Shown: positions 39,835-49,799 of the stretch, in pieces
Layout of the letters: each line of letters starts with the position of its first letter
Position numbering within the stretch: position 1 is the stretch's first letter
Source of the DNA: a virus
Length of the DNA stretch: 64,000 nucleotides
Reading direction: 5' to 3' (one strand)
IMG/VR virus record: IMGVR_UViG_3300021425_000014
Coordinates: 1 to 64,000 of that record
Program-made: the position numbers and the translations under genes
The notes under the pieces: generated by a model
What the model was told of the DNA's origin: nothing
Databases searched by the model: none
What the model saw: only the letters and a program-made list of their open reading frames with translations

Positions 39835-42800
39835 ACATTCAATGGTTAACTTTCATGGTCATACTAATCGTTCGTTTCAGGACGCGATTATTAGGCCAGA
39901 AGACTATGTAGAGCTTGCTGGTATGCTCAACTCCAAGAGCATCGCAATGTCCGATCACGGTAATATTTGTTCCTGGATTGAGTTCGAATCGGCAATGAAA
40001 AAAGCCGGTATCAAACCAATACTCGCTGTTGAATTTTATTTCTACTTTGCAGATGATGCAAAAGCTAAAAGTTCTCATCACTTGTTGGTGATCGCTAAGA
40101 ACGATGTTGGTTATAGAAATATATTGAAACTATTATATATGAGCAATATTCCACTTGAGCAGGGCGGTGGATTCTTTTATCGTCCGCGAATCTCAGATGA
40201 AATGTTGTTTGCAAATAAAGAAGGACTACTAGTTGGCTCAGCATGTCTTTCATCTCCAATCACTTCGAGACTCATCAATGGCGACGAAACCAATGCTCGT
40301 ATTGTTGCCGAAAAGTTTAAACAGGAGTTTGGCGATAACTTCTTTATGGAAATATTCCCGCATAAACTAGCAATTCAAGCCGAAGCCAATCGCAAGATTG
40401 AGCAGATGGCTAAGGATATGGATATTCCAATTTGCGTGACGCTTGATTCGCATTTTAAGAATAATGAATACGAAGAAGCCTATTTGGTTAATGGCAGAAA
40501 TCGGCGCAACATCAAAGAAAAAGATGTTGATAGCAATCCAGATTGCCTAAAGGAAGCAGACTTCCATCTTAAGACCTCAGACGAAGTATATGAAACGCTT
40601 GTAAACAAACACGGTCTTCAATCCTCTACCGTCTTAGCGGCGATGGATCACACTGTTCAGCTAGATAAACTAATTACTTTTGAATATAAGGACAAGTTCG
40701 AGCTTCCGAAGTTCTGCGAAGATTCTGATAAATACTTAGAAAAACTATTAAGCGAAAAGTTAATCAAGCATTTTGGCGGAAGGGAAAACATTCCACAAGA
40801 ATATAAAGAAAGACTTCGTTATGAGTTTACTGTAGTCAAAGAAAAGAAGTTTAGTGATTACTTTAATATTCTGTATGACACCGTAGAGTTCTGCCGAAAC
40901 GACGGCATTAGGCTTGGTGGCCGTGGCTCTGTTGGTGGCTCGCTAATGGCCTTCCTGCTTGGCTTTAATCCTATGGATCCTATCAAGTACGCGCTGCCGT
41001 TTGAGCGCTTCCTGAACCCATTCCGCTCCAGCATGCCTGACGTTGATCTGGATTGCCCAGGCTCAAAGCGCGAATACATCATTGAATACCTGAAGTCAAA
41101 GTGGGGATCAAAACGAGTAGTACAGGTAATCACATTCGGTGAAGTAAAAGCTAAAGTAGCAATTAAAGAAGTTGCCAAATATCTCGACATCCCGTTCCAA
41201 GAGGTAAACGCACTAACATCGCACATCCCTTCCTTCGAGAAGGAAGATGGCGCTCTTCACGATCTTCCACTTAGCAGGGCTTTGGAGATCCCAGAGGTTG
41301 CTGTATATAATAAAAAGAATCCAAAACTATTTGACCTAGCGCTCAAGCTAGAAGGCACATATAAGAGTTATGGCGTACACGCTGGTGGCGTTGTAATCCT
41401 TCCAGATAATGCTGAGAACATCATTCCAGTTATGCATAAGAAGGGTGAGTCTGGCGCAGATGTCCAGATTTCAGCTTGGGAGAAAAAGGACATTGAAAAA
41501 ATCGGGCTAGTTAAATACGACTTCCTTGGTCTAAACACTCTTGAGATACTTGGAGAATGCGAAAGATTAACAGGTATTAAGCTAGAAGATATTCCATTAG
41601 ATGATCCTAAGACTTGGCGCTTTATTCAAGAAGCTAAGTATATGAACTCTATCTTCCAGCTATCAGAGCCAAAGACGCGTAAATATCTAAGAGATGCAAA
41701 GCCAGAGAACCTATTCGATCTGGCGGCTGTGAATACAGGCATTCGCCCCGGCGCTGACTGGGATACTTTCATCGAAGGCAAGAAAAAGCGGCAATACAAT
41801 GGCAAGTTCAATCTCCCAGAATTTAAAGAAACACTAAAGAATACATACGGTGCTATTCTATTCCAAGATGATATTCTATTCCTCTTTGCTAGACTATCAG
41901 AGCTAACCCTTGGGGAAAGTGATCTACTAAGGCGTGCTCTAGAGAAGGGCGACAGAAACGGCGCAAAACAATACGAAGATAAATTCATTTCCACTTGCAA
42001 ATATCCAGAACTGGCATCAGAAATATTTGAGTATATATGCGGCTCCATGGGCTACGTCTTTAATTCCTCGCATTGTTTAGTTTATAGCCTAAATGGGTAT
42101 TGGACAGCGTATTTTAAATCTAATTATCCCAATGAGTTTCTTGTTGCAAATATTAAGTTTGCGCGATCTTCTGGCAAGATGACTGAAACTGAATCTATTG
42201 CTGAACTTATCAAAGAAGCGAGAGAGATGGGTATAAACGTAAAGATTCCCGCTTTCTCTAGGGCTAGAATTGAACCCTGGCACGATCGCTCAGAAGGTTG
42301 CGTTTACCTTGGTATAAGCAATCTAAAGGGCGTTGGCGAAGTTGCTGCTGGCGTTATCACTGAGGCAGCAAATAAAACAAATACTTTTAAAGAGTTTAGT
42401 GATTACTGCATTAATACAAAGGTTGAAACTGGCAGGATGCGTAAAGATGGGACTCCTATTATGCGTCCTCTGGTAAATAAATCACATATTCATACTTTAG
42501 TATGCATCGGATTTTTCGGCGAAATAGAATCAGTAGCACAAGAATATGAGCAATTATTTAAAGAACAAGTTGAGATCAAGGCTGAGTCTGAGATGATAAA
42601 CGAAGCTCTTGGTTTCGATTATTATTCACCGTTTGAAGGCTATAGGGCTAAGTTGCCAGATTATCTTCAAGACCAAGATAGGTATCTAATCATAAAAATT
42701 ATTGAAACAAAATCGGGGCAAAAGAACGGAAGAAAATGGCATATGTTAAAAGCTAACTCAGAGATCGGCCAGATCACAGCTTTCGCAGACTCCGTTGCTG

Positions 42801-42886
42801 GCATTGACAAGGGAGATACTCTTTTGGTAGAATACTCTAGAGGCAGAGGTGACGCACTAAGCATTAAGAGTCACAAGCTTCTTTAG
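39827..42886 (+). CDS. dnaE: DNA polymerase III alpha subunit (family C)
   Basis: PHP H.H/SDHG, GRGS.GGS, FERFLNP.R.SMPDVDLD, HAGG, KYDFLGL, FNSSH. Confidence 0.95.
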   Translation: MCKHSMVNFHGHTNRSFQDAIIRPEDYVELAGMLNSKSIAMSDHGNICSWIEFESAMKKAGIKPILAVEFYFYFADDAKAKSSHHLLVIAKNDVGYRNILKLLYMSNIPLEQGGGFFYRPRISDEMLFANKEGLLVGSACLSSPITSRLINGDETNARIVAEKFKQEFGDNFFMEIFPHKLAIQAEANRKIEQMAKDMDIPICVTLDSHFKNNEYEEAYLVNGRNRRNIKEKDVDSNPDCLKEADFHLKTSDEVYETLVNKHGLQSSTVLAAMDHTVQLDKLITFEYKDKFELPKFCEDSDKYLEKLLSEKLIKHFGGRENIPQEYKERLRYEFTVVKEKKFSDYFNILYDTVEFCRNDGIRLGGRGSVGGSLMAFLLGFNPMDPIKYALPFERFLNPFRSSMPDVDLDCPGSKREYIIEYLKSKWGSKRVVQVITFGEVKAKVAIKEVAKYLDIPFQEVNALTSHIPSFEKEDGALHDLPLSRALEIPEVAVYNKKNPKLFDLALKLEGTYKSYGVHAGGVVILPDNAENIIPVMHKKGESGADVQISAWEKKDIEKIGLVKYDFLGLNTLEILGECERLTGIKLEDIPLDDPKTWRFIQEAKYMNSIFQLSEPKTRKYLRDAKPENLFDLAAVNTGIRPGADWDTFIEGKKKRQYNGKFNLPEFKETLKNTYGAILFQDDILFLFARLSELTLGESDLLRRALEKGDRNGAKQYEDKFISTCKYPELASEIFEYICGSMGYVFNSSHCLVYSLNGYWTAYFKSNYPNEFLVANIKFARSSGKMTETESIAELIKEAREMGINVKIPAFSRARIEPWHDRSEGCVYLGISNLKGVGEVAAGVITEAANKTNTFKEFSDYCINTKVETGRMRKDGTPIMRPLVNKSHIHTLVCIGFFGEIESVAQEYEQLFKEQVEIKAESEMINEALGFDYYSPFEGYRAKLPDYLQDQDRYLIIKIIETKSGQKNGRKWHMLKANSEIGQITAFADSVAGIDKGDTLLVEYSRGRGDALSIKSHKLL

Positions 42887-42895
42887 GAGAGAATA

Positions 42896-43171
42896 ATGCG
42901 TATAGATCTAGAGCCAATCAAGGCGCGGCTAAACATAGAAATAAGTCCTTCTTGGGACGTGCATTTATATGTCAATGGCTCGACTTACGTGAAAACCTGC
43001 AAGGGTGACTTAGTGTGCAATGTTTACGGCAATCGCGTGGACATTGCCAAGTTTATCGCCAATGCCCCGACAGATATCACCAACCTAATCGCGGAAGTAG
43101 AACGACTCCAAGAAGTTGTAGAACATCAAAAAGAAACCATTGACTTTATGCTTGAAAAGGTAAATAGCTAA
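42896..43171 (+). CDS. Ea22-like small protein, array member 1
   Basis: DLEPIKARL...FIANAPTDI..LI.EVERL. Confidence 0.7.
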   Translation: MRIDLEPIKARLNIEISPSWDVHLYVNGSTYVKTCKGDLVCNVYGNRVDIAKFIANAPTDITNLIAEVERLQEVVEHQKETIDFMLEKVNS

Positions 43172-43246
43172 TTCGCTAGAAAAATAGTTATAAAAATATA
43201 CAAACCATACTGAGGATTAGCTCGATATGGTATAAGGAGATATATA

Positions 43247-43498
43247 ATGTATCAATCAGAAAGAGCTATTGACCCACCTCCGCATTGGACTGACAACCTG
43301 CTTGGTCACTATGTGTTTTTAAATGGCGAAGTAGTAGCATGTGAGTCTGAACGCGAGATTGACATTATCGCAAGATTTGTACACGATCTAGCCGACGATA
43401 ACATTCCCAGCGTTGATGTGTTCGATAGGCGTGGTATTAAACGTGGCGAGATCGACCACAGTGGTTTCAGTGCGATGCCTTATGATGAGGACGCGTAA
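43247..43498 (+). CDS. Hypothetical protein
   Basis: AAGGAG RBS. Confidence 0.6.
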   Translation: MYQSERAIDPPPHWTDNLLGHYVFLNGEVVACESEREIDIIARFVHDLADDNIPSVDVFDRRGIKRGEIDHSGFSAMPYDEDA

Positions 43499-43827
43499 TG
43501 TTAAATCTTGAGCCAATAAAAGCCCGCTTGGCGGCGGCAACACCCGGCTTGAGCCATCCCTTTAGGGACTGGCCGCTGAAGCCAGATGATGCGGCCCTGA
43601 TCGCCAATGCCGCCACTGACCTAACTGCCCTAGTAGAGGAGGTCGAGCGGCTGCGAGTAAGGTTAGAGCAGCTAGAAGCAACGGAAGCGCTAGAGAGAGC
43701 AATATGGAGAAAATGTATTCTTGACGATGAAGATCGTGTTAATGGATTGCATAAAGAGGCAACAAAGAATCTGGATTTGATGCCCGGAAAGCCTATTGAT
43801 TGGAGTAGATATAATGCTGAATCTTGA
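43498..43827 (+). CDS. Ea22-like small protein, member 2
   Basis: MLNLEPIKARLAAATPG...ANAATDLTALVEEVERLR. Confidence 0.75.
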   Translation: MLNLEPIKARLAAATPGLSHPFRDWPLKPDDAALIANAATDLTALVEEVERLRVRLEQLEATEALERAIWRKCILDDEDRVNGLHKEATKNLDLMPGKPIDWSRYNAES

Positions 43828-44185
43828 GCCCATTAAAGCCCGGTTGGCAGAAGCCCCGCCAGGCCCTTGGACAGCCGAATATGATGATTTGGTCGAAGAA
43901 ACCTATTTAGTAGACGCGAAAGGCGAGTTTGGCATCGCAACTATTCATAATCCAAACAAGACGCTAGATCCTTTAGTTAACTACCCCACTGATGTGTCGG
44001 CTCTTATTGAAGAGGTTGAACGACTTCGAGCGGAATGTAAACGATACAGAGATGTTTTTGTTGAGTTAGGTATAACCCTCGGAAGGCTTGAGAATACCGT
44101 AATGGATACTATCGTCCATGATGGATATATCGGCTCAAAGGTGGACATAAACGAAATAATCACATCGGAAAAAGATGAGAATTAA
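43814..44185 (+). CDS. Ea22-like small protein, member 3
   Basis: MLNLEPIKARLAEAPPGPW...PTDVSALIEEVERLR. Confidence 0.75.
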   Translation: MLNLEPIKARLAEAPPGPWTAEYDDLVEETYLVDAKGEFGIATIHNPNKTLDPLVNYPTDVSALIEEVERLRAECKRYRDVFVELGITLGRLENTVMDTIVHDGYIGSKVDINEIITSEKDEN

Positions 44186-44217
44186 ATATTCTAACAGTAA
44201 GAAAAGAGCCTGTATAA

Positions 44218-44556
44218 ATGCTTGACTTAACTTACTTAAAAAGTCGCCTTGAGTGGCTAAAAAATAAACCAGTCGAGTACGAATACGAATACACCACAGA
44301 CCCCGCCACTGGATACCACATAGGCCCAGATTGCATACGTTGCGGCACTAAAGATTGTCATCCTTATTTCAAAGGATATTGCAGCGAGCAATGTGCAGAT
44401 ATTGCTTACGACGAAGAAGATATGCTAGAGTTAGTTAACGAAGTGGAACGACTTCGAGCGGCTATCCAAAAACATAAGGATAGTACCTTAGCGAATTATA
44501 AGTTTCAAAAACTAAGGGATCTAGAATTATGGAGTACAATAAATGCTGAATCTTGA
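44218..44556 (+). CDS. Ea22-like small protein, member 4 (Cys-rich insert)
   Basis: MLDL..LKSRL...CIRC...CSEQC...LVNEVERLR. Confidence 0.7.
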   Translation: MLDLTYLKSRLEWLKNKPVEYEYEYTTDPATGYHIGPDCIRCGTKDCHPYFKGYCSEQCADIAYDEEDMLELVNEVERLRAAIQKHKDSTLANYKFQKLRDLELWSTINAES

Positions 44557-44782
44557 GCCTATTAGAGATAGATTGGCAGCTACAACGCGCGGCGAATGGT
44601 GGGTTGATTCAGATCTAATTAGAGCATCTGGATTAAACCAAATTTTATTTCGTAGCGAAGAAGCATCTGAGGCAGATAAAAAGTTTATTTCTTATGCGCA
44701 TAGTGACATTTCCAAGCTATTGGCAGAAGTTGAGCGATTGCGTGATGAATTAGAAAAGAGAAAATATAAATGCCTAACTTAG
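44543..44782 (+). CDS. Ea22-like small protein, member 5
   Basis: MLNLEPIRDRLAATTRGEW...DISKLLAEVERLR. Confidence 0.75.
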   Translation: MLNLEPIRDRLAATTRGEWWVDSDLIRASGLNQILFRSEEASEADKKFISYAHSDISKLLAEVERLRDELEKRKYKCLT

Positions 44783-45033
44783 ACTTAATTATCGAAGACC
44801 TGGACAACAGATTCGCTCTAGAGATGGCTGGAGAGAAAGATCAAGATCTAGATGATAGAATCTTTACTCACGCTTTTGGTCTATTTTTAACAGTCAGTTG
44901 CCTTAGAAAAGCATTGGAAGATTTGATTAAAGCCTGTCGCGATGGCGAGGATCAAGAGGGCATGGAGATTGTATTATCAGACGCTGAAGATACCTTAAAG
45001 GGGGCATTTAGTGCTAAATCTAAAGACGATTAA
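44770..45033 (+). CDS. Hypothetical protein (possible divergent array member)
   Basis: MPNLDLI start; coupled to neighbours. Confidence 0.55.
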   Translation: MPNLDLIIEDLDNRFALEMAGEKDQDLDDRIFTHAFGLFLTVSCLRKALEDLIKACRDGEDQEGMEIVLSDAEDTLKGAFSAKSKDD

Positions 45034-45307
45034 ACAAAGAATAAATAATGCTTATAAACAAGATTGGCACTATTGTGCATATGGAATAGAGTCAACCGGC
45101 AAGAGAGACGGAATAATCTCAGACCTTGGCTATACATTTAGAGTTATAGAGAGTGAGGATACGGAAAACATTGATCCACACGAAAGGCTTATTGCTTGGT
45201 CTTTTTATGACTTAGTTAGACTTGTTCACGAACTTGAATCACAAAGAGAAGAATGCAGAAAGTTAACTTCTAAGTTAGAAGGTATTCTGGAGGCTAAAAA
45301 TGAGTGA
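45011..45307 (+). CDS. Ea22-like small protein, divergent member
   Basis: MLNLKTIKQRI...W...DLVRLVHELE. Confidence 0.6.
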   Translation: MLNLKTIKQRINNAYKQDWHYCAYGIESTGKRDGIISDLGYTFRVIESEDTENIDPHERLIAWSFYDLVRLVHELESQREECRKLTSKLEGILEAKNE

Positions 45308-45638
45308 AAATGAAATTGAAGCAAAAAGCTATGTTGTTCCAAAGAACAAAAAGCAACTAATCGAGTACATCAACGAGGTTGGTATTGAAGACATTTTCTG
45401 TACAACTATCCTTCAGGATGGGCCGCATTTTGGGGTAGAAATACTAACTAAAGATAAAAAGTGCTTCAGCATTACACAAGATGTTAATGTAACCTTTGGC
45501 GAGATGGTGGTTGAAGATTTCAGTACAGGAAATGGATACTCCGTTTTGAGTCTTGGTAAGCATTTTAATCCAAAAAAATATAGTTATAATCTAGATTCCC
45601 CTTGGGTTATTGAAAGCGAATTCACAGAAGAGGATTAG
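45300..45638 (+). CDS. Hypothetical protein
   Basis: GGAGG RBS. Confidence 0.6.
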   Translation: MSENEIEAKSYVVPKNKKQLIEYINEVGIEDIFCTTILQDGPHFGVEILTKDKKCFSITQDVNVTFGEMVVEDFSTGNGYSVLSLGKHFNPKKYSYNLDSPWVIESEFTEED

Positions 45639-45714
45639 TGTTCCGCGAATCGTGGAACATCAATAAATATGAAATATAGCTGAAATAACATGTGTACTAT
45701 ATGGAGGTATTATC

Positions 45715-46212
45715 ATGAAGAGAATTATTTCAGCTTTTTTATTAGCTACATTAAGCCTTCTTTTAATTGGCGCAGATGGTGATTATTGTCCGCGATTTCG
45801 CCCTGAGATCGTCTCAGTTCGTGGCGTATCGAAAGAACACAGGAGTGAAGTAATTGAAGCTGTAAAGGGTTGGAATAAAGCTCTTGGATATAACTACTTC
45901 CAACTAGGCGATTATACCTTCACGCTATCTATCTTTACGCATAGAATACCAGAGGAGTTTGGCGCTGCTGGACTATACTATGATGATATAATTATGCTAG
46001 ATGAGTCAGTGCCAGACTTCGCTGTTAGAATCGTGGCATATCACGAATTAGGCCACGCTATCGGCCTACCGCACCATACAGATGCATTTAGCATAATGTT
46101 TCCAAGTGTGCAAGGTTTGAGAGTTTTCTCGCCACAAAAGGTTGATGTACTATTGGCCCATCATTATATTGAACAAAGAATAAATGGAAAAGTTAGATCC
46201 CAGATCAATTAA
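45715..46212 (+). CDS. Secreted matrixin-like (M10) zinc metallopeptidase
   Basis: Signal peptide; HELGHAIGLPH...SIMFP Met-turn. Confidence 0.85.
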   Translation: MKRIISAFLLATLSLLLIGADGDYCPRFRPEIVSVRGVSKEHRSEVIEAVKGWNKALGYNYFQLGDYTFTLSIFTHRIPEEFGAAGLYYDDIIMLDESVPDFAVRIVAYHELGHAIGLPHHTDAFSIMFPSVQGLRVFSPQKVDVLLAHHYIEQRINGKVRSQIN

Positions 46213-46453
46213 GGAGGTTAAAGTGTCTACTATTTACTCAGATAAAGATGACGAGCACACTAAAAAGTTAATTCAACTTTTTTTAGCTAAGCGTCTTGGA
46301 AAAAAAGTGGCACTTTCACTCTTCGCAGATGTATACGGTAAAGAAGTAACAACAGAGCCAATTAATGTAGTTGTTGCTGGCGTAAACAATGGTAAAGCAT
46401 GGTTCTGCGTTGATACTGACGAGATCTCTTCCGTAGACGATACTGTATACTAA
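46184..46453 (+). CDS. Hypothetical protein
   Basis: ORF; true start may be the GTG after AAGGAGG. Confidence 0.55.
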   Translation: MEKLDPRSIKEVKVSTIYSDKDDEHTKKLIQLFLAKRLGKKVALSLFADVYGKEVTTEPINVVVAGVNNGKAWFCVDTDEISSVDDTVY

Positions 46454-46530
46454 TCCTGATCTAGCTCTTTACTTCATAGCCCCCCAGTGCTATACTTAAT
46501 TTGTAAGGCAACGAGATTGAGGTTACTGAA

Positions 46531-46743
46531 GTGAACTGCAAGAAGTGCGACGACACGGGAAGTTGCTTCGAAACTCGCTGGTATGTTGATGAGTTTCGTG
46601 GCTATGGCCTTATTGAAGATGTTTATGATTACTGGTGCAATTGCAGCATTGGTAGGCATCTTCGCGCCAAAGACGAAGAACGCTTAGCTAAAGAAGAAGA
46701 AGAGTTCAAGCAAAAGTGCGGACTTGACTACGTTGGATTTTAA
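46531..46743 (+). CDS. Small zinc-binding protein
   Basis: CKKCDDTG...CNC..G. Confidence 0.6.
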   Translation: MNCKKCDDTGSCFETRWYVDEFRGYGLIEDVYDYWCNCSIGRHLRAKDEERLAKEEEEFKQKCGLDYVGF

Positions 46744-46757
46744 AGGAGTTTATTAAA

Positions 46758-47126
46758 GTGAAAGAAAATAAATTTGATCCAGAAGTGATCTCAACGGGAT
46801 TCCAGAATAATTTCTTGTCAAAGTCTACGCCTAGAATTTCTTCAATGACAGAAGGCATACTAAGTATTCATAAGGTTAACAATCACTACTATTTTAACGT
46901 ATCATTCTTCCCGCCATTTGAAACAAAAAGATTAGAATTGGAGTGGCAGGATCGCGAAACCGGAAACCTTATCGGTGGAACATTTTTTGCGGCAAAAAAT
47001 GATAGTTATGAGTGGACTATCATGGCACACATCTATGACTACGAAAAACAGAAACTAACTAAATATGAAAAGATTGACAATAAATTCGTAGAAGTAGAAC
47101 CAACTTACCAGAAGATTCTTTATTAA
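46758..47126 (+). CDS. Hypothetical protein
   Basis: AAGGAG RBS. Confidence 0.6.
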   Translation: MKENKFDPEVISTGFQNNFLSKSTPRISSMTEGILSIHKVNNHYYFNVSFFPPFETKRLELEWQDRETGNLIGGTFFAAKNDSYEWTIMAHIYDYEKQKLTKYEKIDNKFVEVEPTYQKILY

Positions 47127-47189
47127 TGAGTAAGTTTGGCGATTATAAATTTCTTCTACCGTAGTCCTGAAATAGAAAGAGTATTAATT

Positions 47190-47813
47190 ATGCCCTTAGT
47201 TCCTATGGTAATCGAGCGTTCTAGCAATGGCGAAAGGTCTATGGATCTCTGGAGTCGCCTAATGGATGAGCGTATTGTAATGGTCACTGAGCCAGTAGAT
47301 GACGCTATGGCAAGCATTATTATCGGCCAACTTCTATTCTTAGACTACAAAGATCCTAGCAAGGACATTACTCTTTACGTGAATTCGCCTGGCGGTTCCG
47401 TGACCGCAGGATTAGGAATCTTCGATACAATGAATCTTGTTACCTGCGATATTGCGACCGTATGCGTTGGACAAGCCTGTTCTATGGGCTGCTTTCTTTT
47501 GGCAGCAGGGACTAAAGGTAAGCGCTACGCAACACCAAGCGCTACGATTATGGCCCATCAGCCTTTGGGTGGGGCTAGAGGTCAAGCAACGGATATTCTT
47601 ATTCAGAACGCCGAAATGCAGCGATTGAAGAAATATCTGACTGAAACAATGGCTGATAATTGCGGCATGGAGCACTCTAAGATGTATGAACTCTGTGAGC
47701 GCGATTACTTCATGAGTGCAGATCATGCCAAGGAACTTGGCTTTATTGATGAAATTATTGGCAAGAAACCAGAAAGTTCAATGGATCAATTCAAGGGCGC
47801 GGTGAATCACTGA
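47190..47813 (+). CDS. clpP: ATP-dependent Clp protease proteolytic subunit
   Basis: MPLVPMVIE, SRL..ERI, NSPGGSV, ACSMG, HQPLGG, ERDYFMSA. Confidence 0.95.
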   Translation: MPLVPMVIERSSNGERSMDLWSRLMDERIVMVTEPVDDAMASIIIGQLLFLDYKDPSKDITLYVNSPGGSVTAGLGIFDTMNLVTCDIATVCVGQACSMGCFLLAAGTKGKRYATPSATIMAHQPLGGARGQATDILIQNAEMQRLKKYLTETMADNCGMEHSKMYELCERDYFMSADHAKELGFIDEIIGKKPESSMDQFKGAVNH

Positions 47814-48037
47814 TGACTGAAGCAGAGAATATCAAAAAGCGGTACAGAAAAATAATCGAAGAATGTGATAAAATGGAAGAGAACATTCTATCTGCTCTCG
47901 TTCTAGTATATAATGAAAGACTTAAAGAGTTAGAACAAGAGTGTGAAGAATTAACGGGCCACGATTGGTACGATGCCTACTTCGGTAGTCAATCTATTTG
48001 CAGAAACTGTGACGCAAGAAAGCAGAATAATGCCTGA
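47813..48037 (+). CDS. Hypothetical protein
   Basis: C...GH.W...C..C. Confidence 0.55.
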   Translation: MTEAENIKKRYRKIIEECDKMEENILSALVLVYNERLKELEQECEELTGHDWYDAYFGSQSICRNCDARKQNNA

Positions 48038-48668
48038 ATATACTTATGAAATTAAATTGAATAGCGAACAAACGCTGCTCGTTGCAAGAGCCTTGGACTT
48101 CTGGGCTCGTTGTAGTGCAGGTCAATTATCAGAATTGAGTTTTGAGTTCAAAAACGAGGAAGCTCACTATGTAGAAGTTGATTATCATATTCTTCAACTT
48201 AAAAAGTTATTGTTCCCAAATTTTGATAAGTATCAATGTAACTTTGATCAACCTAAAACAAAAGAGGCTCTAAACATTGTAAGAGCAATTGAATCATGTT
48301 ATTATAATACGGAGCACCCAATCAAGAAAAGGGATCCAATGGACGGCAGCTTCGTTGGAAGCAGATACGAAGGCCCATACGAAGACTGGTGGATTGACAA
48401 GCCAGCAGAAGTTAGTGCCTGGGCTAGTGCCAGCGGTGAAGAGCCTGAAGACTACTCAATCTTCTCAGTTGGCCAAGAGTCAGACGAAGAAGAGAAAGTA
48501 TGGTGGAGTTTTGACAAGGGAAGAATGGAGTGGATGTGCGAGCATGGCGTAGGGCATCCTGACCCCGCTCTTAATGAAAACTCAGTCCATGGCTGCGATG
48601 GCTGTTGTGGTAGAGAAGACTTTCCCGGTAATCATGCAAATAATCTAGGTAAAGATGGAAAGTGGTGA
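48030..48668 (+). CDS. Hypothetical protein with C-terminal CEHGVGHPDP...HGCDGCC metal-binding motif
   Basis: Motif visible in translation. Confidence 0.6.
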   Translation: MPEYTYEIKLNSEQTLLVARALDFWARCSAGQLSELSFEFKNEEAHYVEVDYHILQLKKLLFPNFDKYQCNFDQPKTKEALNIVRAIESCYYNTEHPIKKRDPMDGSFVGSRYEGPYEDWWIDKPAEVSAWASASGEEPEDYSIFSVGQESDEEEKVWWSFDKGRMEWMCEHGVGHPDPALNENSVHGCDGCCGREDFPGNHANNLGKDGKW

Positions 48669-48939
48669 AATAATGCCAGCTTATATTGATACTGGACTTA
48701 TGGCTAAGTATGGCCTACCCTCACCAAAAAGAATTGAAACCCTTGAAATGTTGATGTTGGCTGAAGAAGCTGACGCTATTGATAAGATCGTTGAAAAAAT
48801 GAGGGGTAAAAACCGCGCCCCATTGAATGAAAAAACGCGGGAACTTCACAGACAAGCATCCATCCTTTGGAGTAAATATTATCAAATTGATTCAGAAGTA
48901 AATAAAGAGTATCATGCTTTCTGGTCAACCGAATCATAA
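48655..48939 (+). CDS. Hypothetical protein
   Basis: ORF coupled to the upstream gene. Confidence 0.55.
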   Translation: MESGEIMPAYIDTGLMAKYGLPSPKRIETLEMLMLAEEADAIDKIVEKMRGKNRAPLNEKTRELHRQASILWSKYYQIDSEVNKEYHAFWSTES

Positions 48940-49000
48940 CCCCCCAAGTTACCCCCTAAGTACCCCCCATGTACCCCCTAAGTTCCAAATATACCCCCTG
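48939..49000. repeat. ~11-bp phased (aag)tacccccc repeats
   Basis: About five C-tracts upstream of TTGCAA-17-TAAAAT (49014-49042). Confidence 0.65.
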
Positions 49001-49066
49001 TCTGACAGAAATCTTGCAAATGCGCGCGATGCATGTTAAAATCTATTCAGCAAGATTGGAGGAGTA

Positions 49067-49318
49067 ATGAGCACAAAAGAAACAATAGATGCACTATATA
49101 AGCTAAATAAAAAACTAACATCTAACAACAGGAAGTTCAGCAACCAATCATCAGCAATGCTGGACGCTATCAAGCAATCTTTGATCATGATTCACGATCA
49201 TAAATGTACAACAAGGAATGAATTTGAAGAGCTTCTTGGTAAAATATCGGGCGCACTAACTCTATCAGTCACTAAATCTATTAACTACAGTAAGGACTAC
49301 TCAGTAGAGGATCGTTAA
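49067..49318 (+). CDS. Hypothetical protein
   Basis: GGAGG RBS, own promoter. Confidence 0.6.
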   Translation: MSTKETIDALYKLNKKLTSNNRKFSNQSSAMLDAIKQSLIMIHDHKCTTRNEFEELLGKISGALTLSVTKSINYSKDYSVEDR

Positions 49319-49731
49319 ATATCATCAAAAGAAATGCACAAACTAGTCAGTCAAAAAATTTGGGAGGCGGATTAAGTTTCGCCTCCTTATATACATGTAT
49401 ATATAAAAACTTTTTGGCCCCATGGGGGGGATCTCCAAACTAAAAAAAGCAGCTAATATATGTTTTGAATTTTAATTCCTTAATTTTTTAACAGAAAATT
49501 TTTTCTCGCGCGAGCGAGCCCTCATTGTATTGCATCGTATTGAATTGTATTGTATTGCTTGGTATTGTATTAAGTTGTATTGTATTGTATTGCCGACACC
49601 CCAGCGCCCGAACCCCAATACAATGTAATGCAATCAAACGCGGAACCCCAATACAATGCAATGTGATAAGCTAGATCACATTCCTTATACATGCGAGAAA
49701 AAAGTTTTTTTAGTTTTTTTCAAAAAAGGGC

Positions 49732-49760
49732 TTGCAATCGATCGCGCATTGCCCTATGAT
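49732..49760 (+). promoter_or_regulatory. Early promoter (identical to 50935-50963)
   Basis: TTGCAA-17-TATGAT. Confidence 0.8.
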
Positions 49761-49799
49761 GTTTTTGTTCCCCACACAACAGAGGAGATTAAAACCATC

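Noticed and set aside
31243-42886. Inteins or introns in nrdJ, dnaB, dnaE
   Set aside because: ORFs are continuous, of ordinary length, and show no splicing or homing-endonuclease motifs.
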